Shown: positions 37,601 through 50,800 of the stretch, one piece after another
Numbering within the stretch: the first letter of the stretch is position 1
Layout of the letters: each line of letters opens with the position of its first letter
Assembly: GCF_964355755.1 (NCBI RefSeq)
Contig: NC_092677.1
Location: 25,531,175 to 25,595,174 of the forward strand
Reading direction: 5' to 3'
Origin: Antedon mediterranea
Taxonomy: Eukaryota; Animalia; Echinodermata
DNA length: 64,000 bases
Notes under the pieces: generated by a model
Databases searched by the model: none
What the model saw: the letters and a program-made list of their open reading frames with translations, nothing else
Told to the model about the DNA's origin: nothing
Translations under genes and position numbers: made by a program

Positions 37601-40600
37601 TTAAATTTTGAGAAACTAGTTTATAAATTCTACTGCCAATTTCTTTCTCACAAGGTATTCAATTTAGCAAAGAGACGCATGCAACTATAGATAATCAGAA
37701 CTTCTCCAGCTATGGCACATACGTCGGGTTACCACCTGCTCCGTCACGCCTTGTGCCTGCTGTGGCTACTGAATGTAGAGACCTCCATGACAGGGAGTCC
37801 TACAGTAGGGAAGGGTTGTATGGTGGTTATGAAGATGTAGAGCATTGTAGAGAGATAGAAAGAGACAGCCATCTGTACTCAAAACATCCCATCCAAGGTA
37901 TTTATTACATAAAAGTAAAATATGAACCTGTCAAACTTTTTTGTGACAAAAAAATGTTAGGTGCCCATATATGGACATGATGATCTCATATCACTGCCAT
38001 AATTTTTTGGGCATATCACTACCATATTTGCGCACATCACACTTTTTTTGTCAAACTAGTTTGATAGTGTAGACAGAGCTTTAGGTGAGTATCACACCAT
38101 TAGCCCAAGAGAGCCATATGGACTAACTTAACAATTAATTTTACCTCTGCTCTGCTTGTTTCAAAACACTATGGTACAACTGATACTGGAGTTTAGTAAT
38201 TTTGTTAAAAATTATACTTTAGCGATAATTTGGCAAAAAATAATACTGAAAACTCTTTTTACAAAAATTTCAGGCACTACACAGGCTGTGAAGCCTCATA
38301 GTCCTAGTAGACAGCGTACCAGAGTGCAGTTTCAAGATGACATTGGGCCTAGAGAAACACAACTTGGCGATCCTAACCTTAAGTTTACAGATGAAACCGA
38401 CGCTTACACGTCGTATAAAACTACTGGACATTTTACACCTAACCCTAGTAAGTTCAGCCAATTCTCGGTACTGTATCTATTTCTGAAGTATCACAGGAAT
38501 ATTAGGTAATACAACATCACATGTGTTTCACATGTATCTAGAGTAACCTAACCCTTAACCTGACCTTACATGATACAGCCACCACATGTGATATAAATGA
38601 GATGCTGTGTTACCAAATATTCCTATCATACTATGAAAAAGATAGTATGTTGAGATACAGCACTAGGAATCGAGTTTACATTTGTGTCATGGTCATTTAT
38701 GTGCGTAATTGGTTTTCTTTTTATCATATTTATTTTTTTTTAGAATCCACTGAAACCGATTCCAGGCGTAATATTCCACCAAATCCAAGGATGTTTACAA
38801 GCATCCAGGACAAACAGACACACTTACAGCTGTCAGAGATGTCTGATAGGATACCAGATGACAGGGTAATGACATCACCACGTCACAGGCCCGTTGAGGG
38901 CAGGCTCTTAGCAGAGCAGCGTGATACCTACAAACCAGTTTCAATGCCGTCCAATGAGAACGTAAGACTTATGAGTTTATTGTGTCAATGAAGAGTTAGA
39001 TTGAAATAAGATTTACTAAAAGCCTTACACTACCATATTTGTGCATATCACTACCATATTTGTGCATATCACTACCATATTTGGGCACATCACACTTTTT
39101 TTGTCAAACTAGTTTGATAGTGTGGACAGAGCTTAATACTAACAGAAAGAATTTTTACTACAGTCTTCGTCTTCGGAAAAAGAAAATTCAATCGATAGCG
39201 TATCAGATGAATTCCTTGTCAAGTTTCTGAATCTTGTTGACAGATATTGGAATGGTTCCAAGTCTCTACACAAGCATCAGAAGTTTCAAGGTAAATTTTA
39301 CATTATTTCAAGGTAAATGTTCAGGGGCATAGCGCTTGGGGCACACCACTGACAGCTAAAATTACATAATAACAAAATATTAAAGATATACAATATTCTC
39401 CCCCTAAAAAATTTTTTTTCACATTTTGTAATGTCACATAATAGTTATGCACTTTGAACAAAAACTGTATCCAAAAAAAAATTAATTTAAAGCAAATTGT
39501 CTCTCAGACAATGGTTTTTGGTTAAAATTAAACGTTTCTTCTGTCTTTTTATAAGAAAATCTTTTTTTTTTTTACAGAAGTGAATAACTTTATTAAAACT
39601 GCAAAATGGCCTATTTAAAGTCTGATTTTATTAATTTTCATTTTTCATGTTTTTGGGGGACAATACATCTTTAATGTAATGTTAATTAGTTATTTTTGCC
39701 CTTGTGGTTAAAATAAAAATATTTAACATATTTACTACTCTGAAATCATTTTCAATTTATTCACCTAAAAAAACATTTATTCATAATAAATATTTTGCGG
39801 GCAGGTCAAGCAAGAACAATGCTATCAAACTTTGTGTCGGATGTCACAGCAGACAGCCAACATAAAGCCGACATGTACCAGAAGGATCTCGCTAAATTTG
39901 CTCAAGAGAATGTCGGCCTACGAGGGCAGCTCACAAACACCGTGAAAGAACACTCGCAGAATCAAATCAATCACGAAGGCCTGCAGAACGCTCTACAGTT
40001 GGCGCAGGAAGATGTGGTAAGATACTTGACTTTCATTTTCAGAGTATTGTGTTCAAATCATTTAAAAGTGCCAAGTTAGAAAATAAATGTATTCATATTT
40101 ATTTATTATTACAAGTTCGTTTGATGATTTTCTTTAGGAAGTTTTAAAGGAAAAGTTAAACAAAGCAAAAGAAGAAAACCAAGTCTTAAAAGGTCAAGTG
40201 TCGTCAATAAGTATAGCACTACCAACAGTACAAGATTTAAAATCATCTGAATTACAAAACAAACATATAAGTAAGTGTGAACTTATGTATGGAAGGCAAT
40301 AGCTGCCAAAAATACACATGCCATGGCTTAGTACAATGAACTCCTAACAGCTTAATACGGGACTTTATCTTACCCATATGGAAGGCAATAGGTGCCAAAA
40401 ATACACATGCCAAGGCTTAGTACAATGAGCTCCTAACAACTTAATTATTATTAGACTTTGTTTACCTTACCCATATGAAAGGCAATCGCTGCCAAAAAAA
40501 ATGCATGCTGAGGCTTAGTACAATGAGCACCTAACAGCTAAAAATAAAAAAGCAGTGTTATTGGTCAAATTACTTACATTATGCATAAATGTGTTTATAA

Positions 40601-41277
40601 AATTTAAATATCGATATTTTAGGTGTATTAGAAGATGAAAATGAAAACTTGCAGAGAGAAATAGACAAGATGAGGTTACAGCTAAAACACTACACACAAC
40701 TACAGGAGCTTACAAACATGCTACAGGAAAGCCATAAGTTAGTATTATTTAAATGTATTCTAATTTATTCAAATTTATTTATTTTGTTCATGCAAATTTT
40801 AATGTCGCATAATAGTTATTCACTTTAACAAAAAAACGGGATCGAAAAAAATTATTTTCCTAAAAAAATTTTAATTTAAAGCAAAACAAACCGTAAATTG
40901 TCGGGTCAGTGGTTTTTTGGTTAAAATTAACCATTTCTTTTGTCTTTTTATAAGTGAAATAATTATTTTTGTTGATTTTTTTTTCTACAGAAGTGAATAA
41001 CTTTATTAAAACTGTAAAATGGCCTATTAAAAGTCTGATTTTATTAATCTTTATTTATTTTTTTAGATCTTTAGTTACAACAAATGATCATTTACTTCAA
41101 GAACTTAATGAAACGAAAGATCGTCATAGCAACGAAGTAAAACAACTTCATTGGTCGTACAGTGAGCTTAAACGGACAATGGACATTATACCAAAATATT
41201 CCACCTCACAAGGACCATCGTCCAGTAGTTTCATGAGTGACCCGTCCAGGCGTTACAATGGCGATGTTCTTACCTGA
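34684..41277 (+). CDS. CEP72: CEP72 / LRRC36-like centrosomal LRR plus coiled-coil protein, 14 exons
   Basis: Exons 34684-34747, 35558-35723 (DVRSLSLPGSYHEKI...LDLSRNSL), 36142-36296 (YYNNISSL...LDLRLNPVTKNEPDYRLFVVHMLPNLRKLD), 36498-36559 (DRSVRDSERKAA), 36865-36973, 37343-37477, 37655-37897, 38274-38447, 38744-38961, 39164-39290, 39805-40016, 40138-40270, 40623-40737 and 41067-41277 (LQESHKSLVTTNDHLLQEL...LHWSY). Confidence 0.9.
35724..36141 (+). other. U12-type (minor spliceosome) GT-AG intron
   Basis: 5' splice site GTATCTTTT, branch-point-like TTTTCTTTAAT about 13 nt before the AG, no polypyrimidine tract. Splicing restores LNL|YYN in frame. Confidence 0.75.
35812..36101 (+). mobile_element. 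tRNA-derived SINE with Deu-like core, inside CEP72 intron 2
   Basis: Degenerate tRNA head, core GGATAAGGACTATAAACCATAGGTCC resembling the Deu-domain consensus (recalled), and a (TAAA)n tail. Confidence 0.6.
40289..40542. repeat. Tandem repeat of about 90-97 bp, three units, in a CEP72 intron
   Basis: ATGGAAGGCAATAGCTGCCAAAAATACACATGCC...GCTTAGTACAATGA..CCTAACAGCT occurs three times. Confidence 0.8.
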
Positions 41278-41875
41278 TAATGTTTGGCGAATTGGTCATT
41301 TTCTCTTTTTGGCAGTATAATTTTTGCTTCAACCCATAGCCGTCATGTGTTTATTTATATCATAAAGCTCTGTCTACACTATCAAACTGTATGTGAGAAA
41401 AAAATGTGATGTGCCCATTATATGGACACGATGATGTCATATCACCACCTTATTTAAGCATATCACTACCATATTTAAGCATGTCACTACCATATATGGG
41501 CACATCACATAAAGTTTATTATATTTATAGCCTTTGTGTGACCATGTCAAATGATTTTATATCATATTCTATATCTTATAAAACTTAAATCATCCAATGA
41601 TGTGGGGTGCCTATAGCAAACAGTGCGAAAATGCATGTGAATTATTGACGTGATAAATTCTACCGGCGGGTCATTACCTTAGTTAAACTAGGGGCTAAAA
41701 AATAGACAAAAAAGGGTTACTTATTTTCGTAAAACTTAAAAAATTGGCCTCTCAAGCTACTAGTACACCTCCCATCGCCTATCCCCATCACTGACCACGA
41801 CCAGACCCCTCCCCCACTCTCTCTCCCGTCTCCCCTTTCCGTCCCATCTCTTCCATCTCCTACAGTATAGTGTAA

Positions 41876-42271
41876 AGGCCCATTTACACTAGGACGATAA
41901 CGATCGACGATAAATAGACAAATGTGCATTTTTCATACATAAAACAAAAGAAATAAAAACTTTTCATTCTAGAACTATAGAATAACCTTCTATTCTTCCT
42001 TTGATGAAAATGATATTTTCACACGTCCAATCAAATGACGTCATGATTAGTAAGAGCAATAATATCGTGACAATACGATTTTATTGTTTTTATTTATCAT
42101 GACGTCATTTGATTGGAATTTTAAAAATATTACTTTTATCAAAGACAGCATAAATGATTATCCTATAGTTCTAGAACGAAAACCTTTCTAATTTATTTTG
42201 TTTATGTAAAAAAAATGCATTTTTATATATTTTGTTATCGTCCATCGTTATCGTCCTAGTGTAAATGGGCC
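41876..42271. mobile_element. Palindromic Harbinger-like MITE
   Basis: TAA|AGGCCCATTTACACTAGGACGATAACGAT ... ATCGTTATCGTCCTAGTGTAAATGGGCCT|TAA. The arms pair along most of the length. Confidence 0.85.
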
Positions 42272-42857
42272 TTAAGTGAGAGAGTGAGTTTGTTTTACTT
42301 GTTTAAGGCATTATATAATAATACACCCTCCTCTAATTTTAATTTAAAAACCGTATATTTTGTCCCAAGTCCCTTTACAAAAGGGCAACAATTTTCTGTG
42401 TGTATGTCATATACAGTAGTAGAAATTGTATTACTAACGATTGATGTGTGTCCTAATATATTCCTATATTTAATATATTTTTACGTGTAAATAATGCTAG
42501 CATGCCTTGTTTTATATTATCGTAAATCTTTTTACATTTTCAACATCCACTTTTATATCCTTAATACACGCATTATATATAATTTAATCAATTATGAAGT
42601 ATTTAAATAAATTGTGAACATACTTTACTGTACTTGTGTTATATTAAAAGCTATCGTCGATGGAAAAAATGAAAAAAAAACCCGCACATTATAATTAAAT
42701 ATGTAAATGATGTTTGTAAGTCTACTTAATGTATGGAAGACCGTCGTCGCCTAATTAATAAAGTAATGAATGAGAATAATATTAAGGGAAATAACGCTTA
42801 TATAATTGTGTTTTTAAACTATAGATATATTGATACTGATTTACAGACACAAAGAAT

Positions 42858-43031
42858 ATCTCACACTTGTTCCGGCACGGTTCCGGCGCCGGCAAATCAA
42901 ATCGAACGTCAATGTTTCGTTTTCACGACGTTACACGCGGCTATGCGCCGATAATCGATATGTCCGTATCCGCGTGAAAACGAAACATTGACGTTCGATT
43001 TGCCGGACCGGAACAGGTGTGAAAGACCCTT
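42858..43031. mobile_element. Short palindromic MITE
   Basis: TCACACTTGTTCCGG...CCGGAACAGGTGTGA, with an internal inverted CCGGCAAATCAAATCGAACGTCAATGTTTCGTTTTCACG. Confidence 0.65.
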
Positions 43032-44083
43032 GATAAACTTATAGATTCGAACCAGCGACCCGCATTTTACTATGGCGTGGAAACATGTCGCTAGACCACA
43101 CATGCAACGAACAATCTTCTGTAAAATGCAGTTAATTTGCATAATACAGATGTTATATACGCATTCAGCATTTCTGTGGTTGTTCAAGTCGGTAATCCTT
43201 GGCCAAGAGACCTGCAATGACGTAGGCCTACCTATAGTATTGTACCGGTACATCAGTAGGCTCAACCTTAAGGTAAGACAATACTTTACAACTAAACCAT
43301 GTGAAAATAGCTTGGCTTGGCCAAGGGTTTTCGATAGAGAATTCATCTCTTCTGTTTTTCGGTAGCCAGGCTTCGGAATGTATGTCTCCTTTCTAAGCCT
43401 CATAGTATTTACTTTGTGTGTCGTAGAGAAGACTGCTACCGAAGAATTGGTACGCGTGTTGAAATAGGTTGATTTCGAGCCGCGAAATAATAATAGTCTG
43501 CTAATGAATATGATTTCATATGTTGATTTCAGTTTCCATAGCAAAGATCGCAGCGATGGACGATGTTATTTGTTTGATTTTGCTTTCAATTATTAATTTG
43601 GTAAATGCATTGTTGTATGAGCATCTTCGATGTCTGTCTAATAGACATCATTCGATTAACTTCCATTTACTATTTTAAATTAAACCAAGACAATCTAACA
43701 ACAGGACACTGAACTCGCCTTGCCAAGATAGGAGCTCGTAACAGTCCTTTGAGCTTGTGTGTCTGGACAGTACAATTATCCGCAGCGCAGTGTCTGTTTA
43801 AAGGGCGCGGAGAACTGATCGTATCGCAGGCAAAGATAATCCTATTGATCTCCGGAGCTCAGCATCCTGTTGTTCGATTGCCTTGTTTAAACTTGGTTCC
43901 CACTAGGATGCTATCCATCCACGATTGGTCGAAAAGTTGAACCCAATCAAAGGGTAGAATATTTAGCACGTCATTTTGGCCAGTATCTCTATTTGCAAAC
44001 TCCTGAATCCGCCATCTCATGCATATTGTATTATTGCTACTGTTACTTTTATTTAAGACATCTTCGTTTTATCTAGATAACAA

Positions 44084-44170
44084 ATAACTGTAACGATAAC
44101 GATAACTGTAACGATAACGATAACTGTAACGATAACGATAACTGTAACGATAACGATAACTGTAACGATA
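44084..44170. repeat. 18-bp tandem repeat (ATAACTGTAACGATAACG), about 5 units
   Basis: Read directly from the sequence. Confidence 0.9.
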
Positions 44171-44714
44171 CAATTTTTGCAAGATTTTTATATTTTATTA
44201 CCTAGTCTATTTACATCGTAAAACAATTGTTTCTGTATTTCAACATATGGAGAGCTATATAATTATTGTAATACGTAAGCTATTTTTTAAAATTACTATG
44301 TCAATTTCGTTCCGCTGACGGGAACGATTGTAAAATTTTTTATTATTTGTTACTGTTTTTATTTTAGTATTTATTTAGTTTAAACCAAGTATAAGATTTA
44401 ACCGTGGTTCCAACTAGGACGCAACGCAAGCGAGTTAACCAATGACAAGCGACAGAGTGAATAACATCGCTTTTTTGATTGGTCAAATCACATTGAGCGT
44501 ACGTCCTTGCGTTGTGTCTCTAGTAGGAACCAAGCTTAATCAATTAATATTGTAATTAATAGTTTTAAATCGTAAACAAAAAAATCACACAGCAGAATTG
44601 AACACTAAACACTAACTAAATACTCCATGAATAAATATCACTATTTTCAAGTCAAATATCTCATTTACAATTCAATCAAATTACTTACTAGATTATAAAA
44701 ACATTTTTAGACTT

Positions 44715-45315
44715 AAGCTTGATTCCCACTAGGACGTAACGCAAGAACGTAAACGCAACTAAAGCTTGGTTCTCACTAGAACGTAACGCAAGGACGTAAA
44801 CGCAACGCAAGCGTTTTAACCAATTATTTTATTTATTTTATTTTATTTTATGTCTTTAGGCAAGGTGGCCAAGGATTACCAATAGTGAATTAATCACTGT
44901 CCTATCAGATAGGTGACAAGAGAAGTTATAGACAGTTAGCAATCACAAGCGAATAAGCCATCGCTTGTGATTGGTCAATTCACTTGCGTTGCGTTATGTC
45001 CTTGCGTTGCGTCGCTAGTGGGAAAGCTTGGTTCCCATTAGAACGTAACGCAAGGACGTAAACGCAACGCAAGCGTTTTAACCAATGACAAGCAAAGTTA
45101 TAGACAGTTAGCAATCACAAGCGAATAAGCCATCGCTTGTGATTGGTCAATTCACTTGCGTTGCCGTTACGTCCCTGTGTTGCGTTGCTAGTGGGAACCA
45201 CGCTTTAAGCGAGTTGACCAATGACAAGCGACAGTTCAAGTAATCCATCGCTTGTGATTGAACTCACTTACGTTGCGTTACGTCCTTGTGTTGCGTCTCT
45301 AGTGGGAACCAAGCA
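44715..45315. repeat. Nested cluster of family-B MITEs
   Basis: At least three interleaved copies, inserted at TAA within GCAACGTAA-type motifs of earlier copies. Confidence 0.8.
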
Positions 45316-45527
45316 TTATAGAAATTCAGTGTTAGATATGAATAGAAGATTGAAAGACAGTGAAAGGAAAACGCACTACAGTAATAACCGACTACTGCGC
45401 ATGCGTGATAAACAGTAACCTCCATGATTAGATAATTATAAGTTACGAAAGCTTAAAAGTGCCATTCAAAGTGTAAACTATTTTGAAAGTCAATTTGAGC
45501 CTCCGTAGGTGGTAATTGGTCACGTGC

Positions 45528-47869
45528 TCATTTTTTCTCATACGTATCCTTTTCTTTGTAGCCTTGTACATAGCCGTCGTTGGCCGGTCGATCTTTTCGA
45601 CCGTCTAAGCCTTTTCCTTTACCCTCTGCGTCGAATCTTTCTTTATGACTGCCTGTGTACTGACTTGCGTCCGTCATTTTAGCTACACCGCCTGTTTTAG
45701 ACGTTCCCTAATTAAAACAAAAATTAAATTAAAATTACACAAAACTGTATAATCATCGCATTGCTACATTCTCGGCATTTGACCAATCTTAAATCTCAAT
45801 AATAAAACTAGAAATACAATATAATCTACTATTGCTAACATATATATCAAAGAATTTGGTGGTATCAGATCACTTATAAAACAAGAAATATTTCTTACAA
45901 AAAACGCTGCTCGCTTATTGACGTAACAGTTTTAAAGATACGTATATTAAACGTTTCTTTTCTCTTTTTATACGTGAATAAATAATATTTTTTTTGTTAC
46001 AGAAGTGAATAACTTTGATATGAAACACAGACTCAATTTCTTTACTTTAGTTTATTTTATTGCTAAGGCCAAGTCACTTCATCACGCCTAGATACTTCAA
46101 GTGTGAAGTATCCTATTACAAACAAAAACTTTAATAGACTGTTTTGATAATAATTCAATGATTATCTGACAGCGAATTACAGTATTATAGTAAAATGGGA
46201 CTCATAAATACCAGAAATGCTTTGGGATTTGTAATTTTAGCATGACATGTCCTAATAGACTCTTTTCCCAGACGTTTTTTGGGTCCAGCAGCTGGGACCT
46301 ATAAATTATAGGCGAGTTTCCATTTTAGCAAAAACGTCAGTGTCTAGTACTATAACTGCTGCTTGCTTTCAGCTAAAAAATGAGTCATCTCTTGTGACGT
46401 AGAGCAGCAGCGTGATAACATAACTAAAGGTAAATATTTACAGTTTCCATAGCGACAATGAACAAGCCGGTAAAATTACACAAAACTGTATAATCATCCC
46501 ATTGCTACATTCTCGGCATTTGCCCAACCTTATTTCTCAATAATAGAACTAGCTAGACTTGCCCCAAGTCTGTATTTATTGTCTTTTTTATGTTAGTCCA
46601 CCAGACGACGTTTCGATTTTTGTCTGAAAATAGGAGTTTACAAGCACAAGTAGTATACGTATGAAACGCCATATGTGCCAAAATATTTATATTTTTTACT
46701 AATAAGGCAAAACTCCGTCTGGAACCCAGACTATGTCCAGGCATTTCCCTAACCACTCTCAGTGTACTCACTGTTGTTCCGGCTGTACTTGGTCCGCCTC
46801 CAGCGACAATTTTGGCGATGATTTGATCAACTTTGTTGTCGTCGCCAAGTTTGGATTTCGCAACATATTCTAATGCTTTTTGAAATTGTGTAAATGTCAA
46901 CACCTTATTTCCTGGTCCTCCTTTTGATCTATAACACAGAAAATAAAAATAAATAAATAAATGCTAGCGCGTATCCATACCAATTCCATCACCCGTGCCA
47001 ATTCCGCCACCGTGCACATTTTCCCGCATCCGTGCACATTTCCGGCACTCGCGCATATTTTCCACCACCCCTGCAAATTTCCCGGCACCTGTGTGCCAAT
47101 TCCGCCACCCGTGCCAGTTCCGCCACCCGTGCACATTTTCCGGCACCCGTGCATATTTTCCACCACCCCTGCAAATTTTTCACCACCCGTGCAAATGTTC
47201 TGCCACCCGTGCAAATGTTCTGCCACCCGTGCCAATTCCGGCACCCGTTCACATTTTCCGGCACCTGTGCAAATTTTTCACCACCCGTGCAAATTTTCCA
47301 CCACCCGTGCAAATGTTCTGCCACCCGTGCCAATTCTGGCACCCGTGCTCATTTTCCGGCACCCTTCAACATTTTCCGGCACCTGTGCACATTTTCCGGC
47401 ACCCTTCAACATTTTCCGGCACCTGTGCACATTTTCCACCACCCGTGCAAAAATGTTCCGCCGCCCGTGCACATTTTCCACCACCCGTGCATACTTTCCA
47501 CCATCCGTGCAAAAATGTTCCGGTACCCGTGCAAACATTTTCCGCCACCCGTGCAAACATTTTCCGCCACCCGTGCAAGCATTTTCCACCACCCGTGCAC
47601 ATTTTCCGCCACCCGTGTAGATTTTCTGCCACCCGTACATATTTTCCGTCTCTCATTCCATCCAATATATGACCACCCACACATGCATGAATATCACTCG
47701 ACTATACTTACTTCGTAAATATCATGTCAACTTCAGTGCTGTTCAACTTCTTATCCAATAGCTTCTTCTCTTTCATCATTTTCATAAAGTTCTTGCTAGT
47801 GATGTCATCTGTTTTTCCTTGACGACCAAAGCTGGCGTATTCCTGGAACACTTGTTTTAGAGTGGCCAT
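45528..47869 (-). CDS. TPPP: Tubulin polymerization-promoting protein (p25-alpha family, long type)
   Basis: Exons 47869-47712, 46928-46772 and 45707-45528. The C-terminus [27 protein letters not shown]...GYVQGYK is the p25-alpha signature. Confidence 0.95.
46552..46733. repeat. Dispersed repeat family D (TAGTCTGGGTTCCAGAC end)
   Basis: Similar segments at 2907-3010 (reverse) and 48325-48462. Confidence 0.6.
46978..47650. repeat. Complex GC-rich minisatellite (CCACCCGTGCAAATTTT-type units of 17-22 bp) in a TPPP intron
   Basis: Variant units in tandem, which explain the many overlapping spurious ORFs. Confidence 0.9.
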
Positions 47870-50800
47870 TTTGTTTGGTAAAGAATTACTAAAGTTGTTA
47901 ACAAAAATCTGCAGTAAATAAAATTGAAAAACGATAGAATTTAACGGATGGGTGAAGTTAAGAAAAAAAGACATTCATTTTTATTTTTTTAAATGAGAAT
48001 TAACAAGATCGTAGTAGTGCGTAAAATCGCTGAAAAACGAATTAATAACGGATATTATTATACAATTTAGGCTGAAACCAAACATGAACATCCCTTGAAA
48101 AACTTACTTGAAAAAACATTAATGTAGTTGCGTTTAATCAACTAGAAATAAGCAAATAATTTTCACCTGACTATCATCGCCGAAAGAATTCTCAAGAGGT
48201 CACTTGCACTTTTGACAAAAAGTACAACACAATCAATTAACAAAATGACTGATTCAAATATAGTATTTCAAATTAATTGTAAATAGCCTATGGGTATCTA
48301 ACAAACGATAAAGCTAGTGGTTGACTAGACTTGGCCCAAGTTTGTAGTTATTGCCTTTTTTATGTAATTACTAATAGTCCTCGATTTTGTCTGTAATTGC
48401 GAGTACAGTATTATATTATACGTATGAAACGCCATATGTGACAAAATATTGTTCTTTACTAATTACGGGCTAGAAGCTAGTCTAGTGGTTGACATCCAGT
48501 TTACCATTATTTCATATAAGTTTAACGTTATTTTACCATGACTTAGGCTCCATAATTATCGTTGCATTCGTAAAAAAATAACGGATTATGAGCGTCTCTT
48601 TGGTTACGTTGATTCAGGACACAGTGTACGGATTAACTGTTACATTTTAAATAATGCTTTTGTTATTTTAATTCATTGTTCGCGAAATACAATAATCTAC
48701 TATTGCCAACAATGAGGCGTATATATCAAAGCATTTGGTGGTATCAGCGTGCTATCAGATCACTTAATAAAATAACAAAACTTAAGGTAAATATTTACAG
48801 TTTCCATAGCGACGATGAACAAGCCGGTGAAGTGCATTCATGGAGTTAGTACTCCATTGCATTTATGTACGTGGTTCTCAAATAAGGATATTGAAGTACC
48901 GACAATTCCAAATGGCATTTGATATATTTAGGTCTACAGAGATTTTTTAAAGAATAACTAAAATATCGACTTTTTAAAATTCAATTATATGCAAGGATAA
49001 TAATAGCATTGTAAATATTTTTTGTCTTTGTATTGTGATTTTAAAGTTTTATTATTTGTGTCTTTTTATAATTGTTTTTAATACATTTCTCTAAAAAACA
49101 GGACCATATATGTGAAGGTGCAATATACCTGATATGTTTTTATCCTGTCTAAATATGTTTTTAAATAAAATAAATTAATTAAATAAACTCCGGTTTCTTG
49201 GTTGTGCATTTGAAACAAGTTATAACATTATACAATGTTTTGGAAATCATATTAGGGTGTATTTACACTACGTGTAGTAGGCCTAGCAGGTCTAGTTGTT
49301 CAACACCTGATCGACCCATTCATGATCCTATATACACGTACGTCAGTCAATACATTTTGTTCTATAAAATCAATAGATTCTAGGTCAGCCCTAGACTAAC
49401 TCTTTATCATGAATAGACCTTCGTGTGCGTTAAATTCTTTATATTGAGTTTTGGAGAAAAAAAACGACAAATCCATATAGGCCTAATAATGTACTACCTA
49501 AAGCAATTGGCTCGTTAATTCGCTTTATGTCCCCCCATTGTTGGAAAATGATTGGGCCACTACTATATACTTATAACACCTGAAGGTTGTAAATACCACC
49601 CGCATATAATACAATTGAATGCATAGAACCTTTGAATAATACATTGTCCCTTGAAAAGAGGTTGGATTGGCTGCGAGTATTACATTTTCCCCTTTTTGTT
49701 TCAGTTTAGTTTCGAGCCTAGTCTGTCTTACAATACTTTTAAAAGTAGTTTTAATATTTGAATTACCCTAACTCTGTCTGTCTTGTTTAATAAGAGCTAA
49801 ATTGAAAATGATCGGGCGACCAACAGAGCGTGTTGTTTGCGTTTAGTAAGGCGAAACTTGTTTTTTCCACAGTTGTTGGAGCATGTCTTTAAAATAATAT
49901 CTATTTAACGTATCATCGTCCTGCCGTGTAGAATTGCTCAGTGGGGTTGGTAGGCAATGACGTAGGCCTAACGACTATCAGCGCTCACTGGCTAAACGCA
50001 GGGGCCCCGGAGCTTATGGGGTGGGGGATCTCTGAGTAGTGTCCAGAGGAAAATACAGGCATTAGGCCTAAAATATCATGTCGAAAAGGGATTTTAAAAA
50101 ACGCCCGAGGCCACTTGGGGTCTTCCTAAAACAGGGCATCGGGCCTGCGTTACGTCACTTGTGGTACTATAAGGATGATATAAGAAACAGTGGTGTGTTT
50201 AGTGAGCAAGAATTTTATAAATTGTGAAAGCAGGATTCTTAACGATCTTCTCCGACCATTCTTTTGACAAAAAGGATTCACGACAATGATGCAAATTAAA
50301 TTGAACATCAACGAAGCAAACATAATGCGAAATCTTAATTCCAAGCGTAAACAAAACCATAGTAACAATGGCCCATCATTATTTTCATAATTCTGTGATG
50401 TTTGCCTAGACTAAAGGCAGGCATCCATGAAAAGGTATTTAATTGAATATTATAATGAAGCCTGGATGATGAAAAATGAGATCGAAAATTATCATTCTCT
50501 TCGGGGAAAGAGAGAGAGAGAGAAAATATGTAAAATTAGTGGTAAAATATTGATTAATTTGTGGTAATCCCCATATTACACATATAGACCAGTTTCTAAT
50601 AAATTATCATAATTTATAACAACTGGTTTAATTATTATCTGGACCAAAGTGCATTTCATGCCAGTTAAAATAACTCTGCTTTGATGACTGCCATTTTCCA
50701 GATATTGTCCCAGCTAAACTTAATTGTGCATATGCGTTGTACGCGCACTTATGATTGGCTCCCACTAGGACGCAACGCAAGGACGTAACGCAACGTAAAG

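Noticed and set aside
42909-43544. 211-aa minus-strand ORF between CEP72 and TPPP
   Set aside because: It has a non-ATG start, no recognisable domain, and ends inside a MITE.
46897-47718. Nine overlapping Pro/His/Cys-rich ORFs
   Set aside because: They are translations of an intronic minisatellite inside TPPP.
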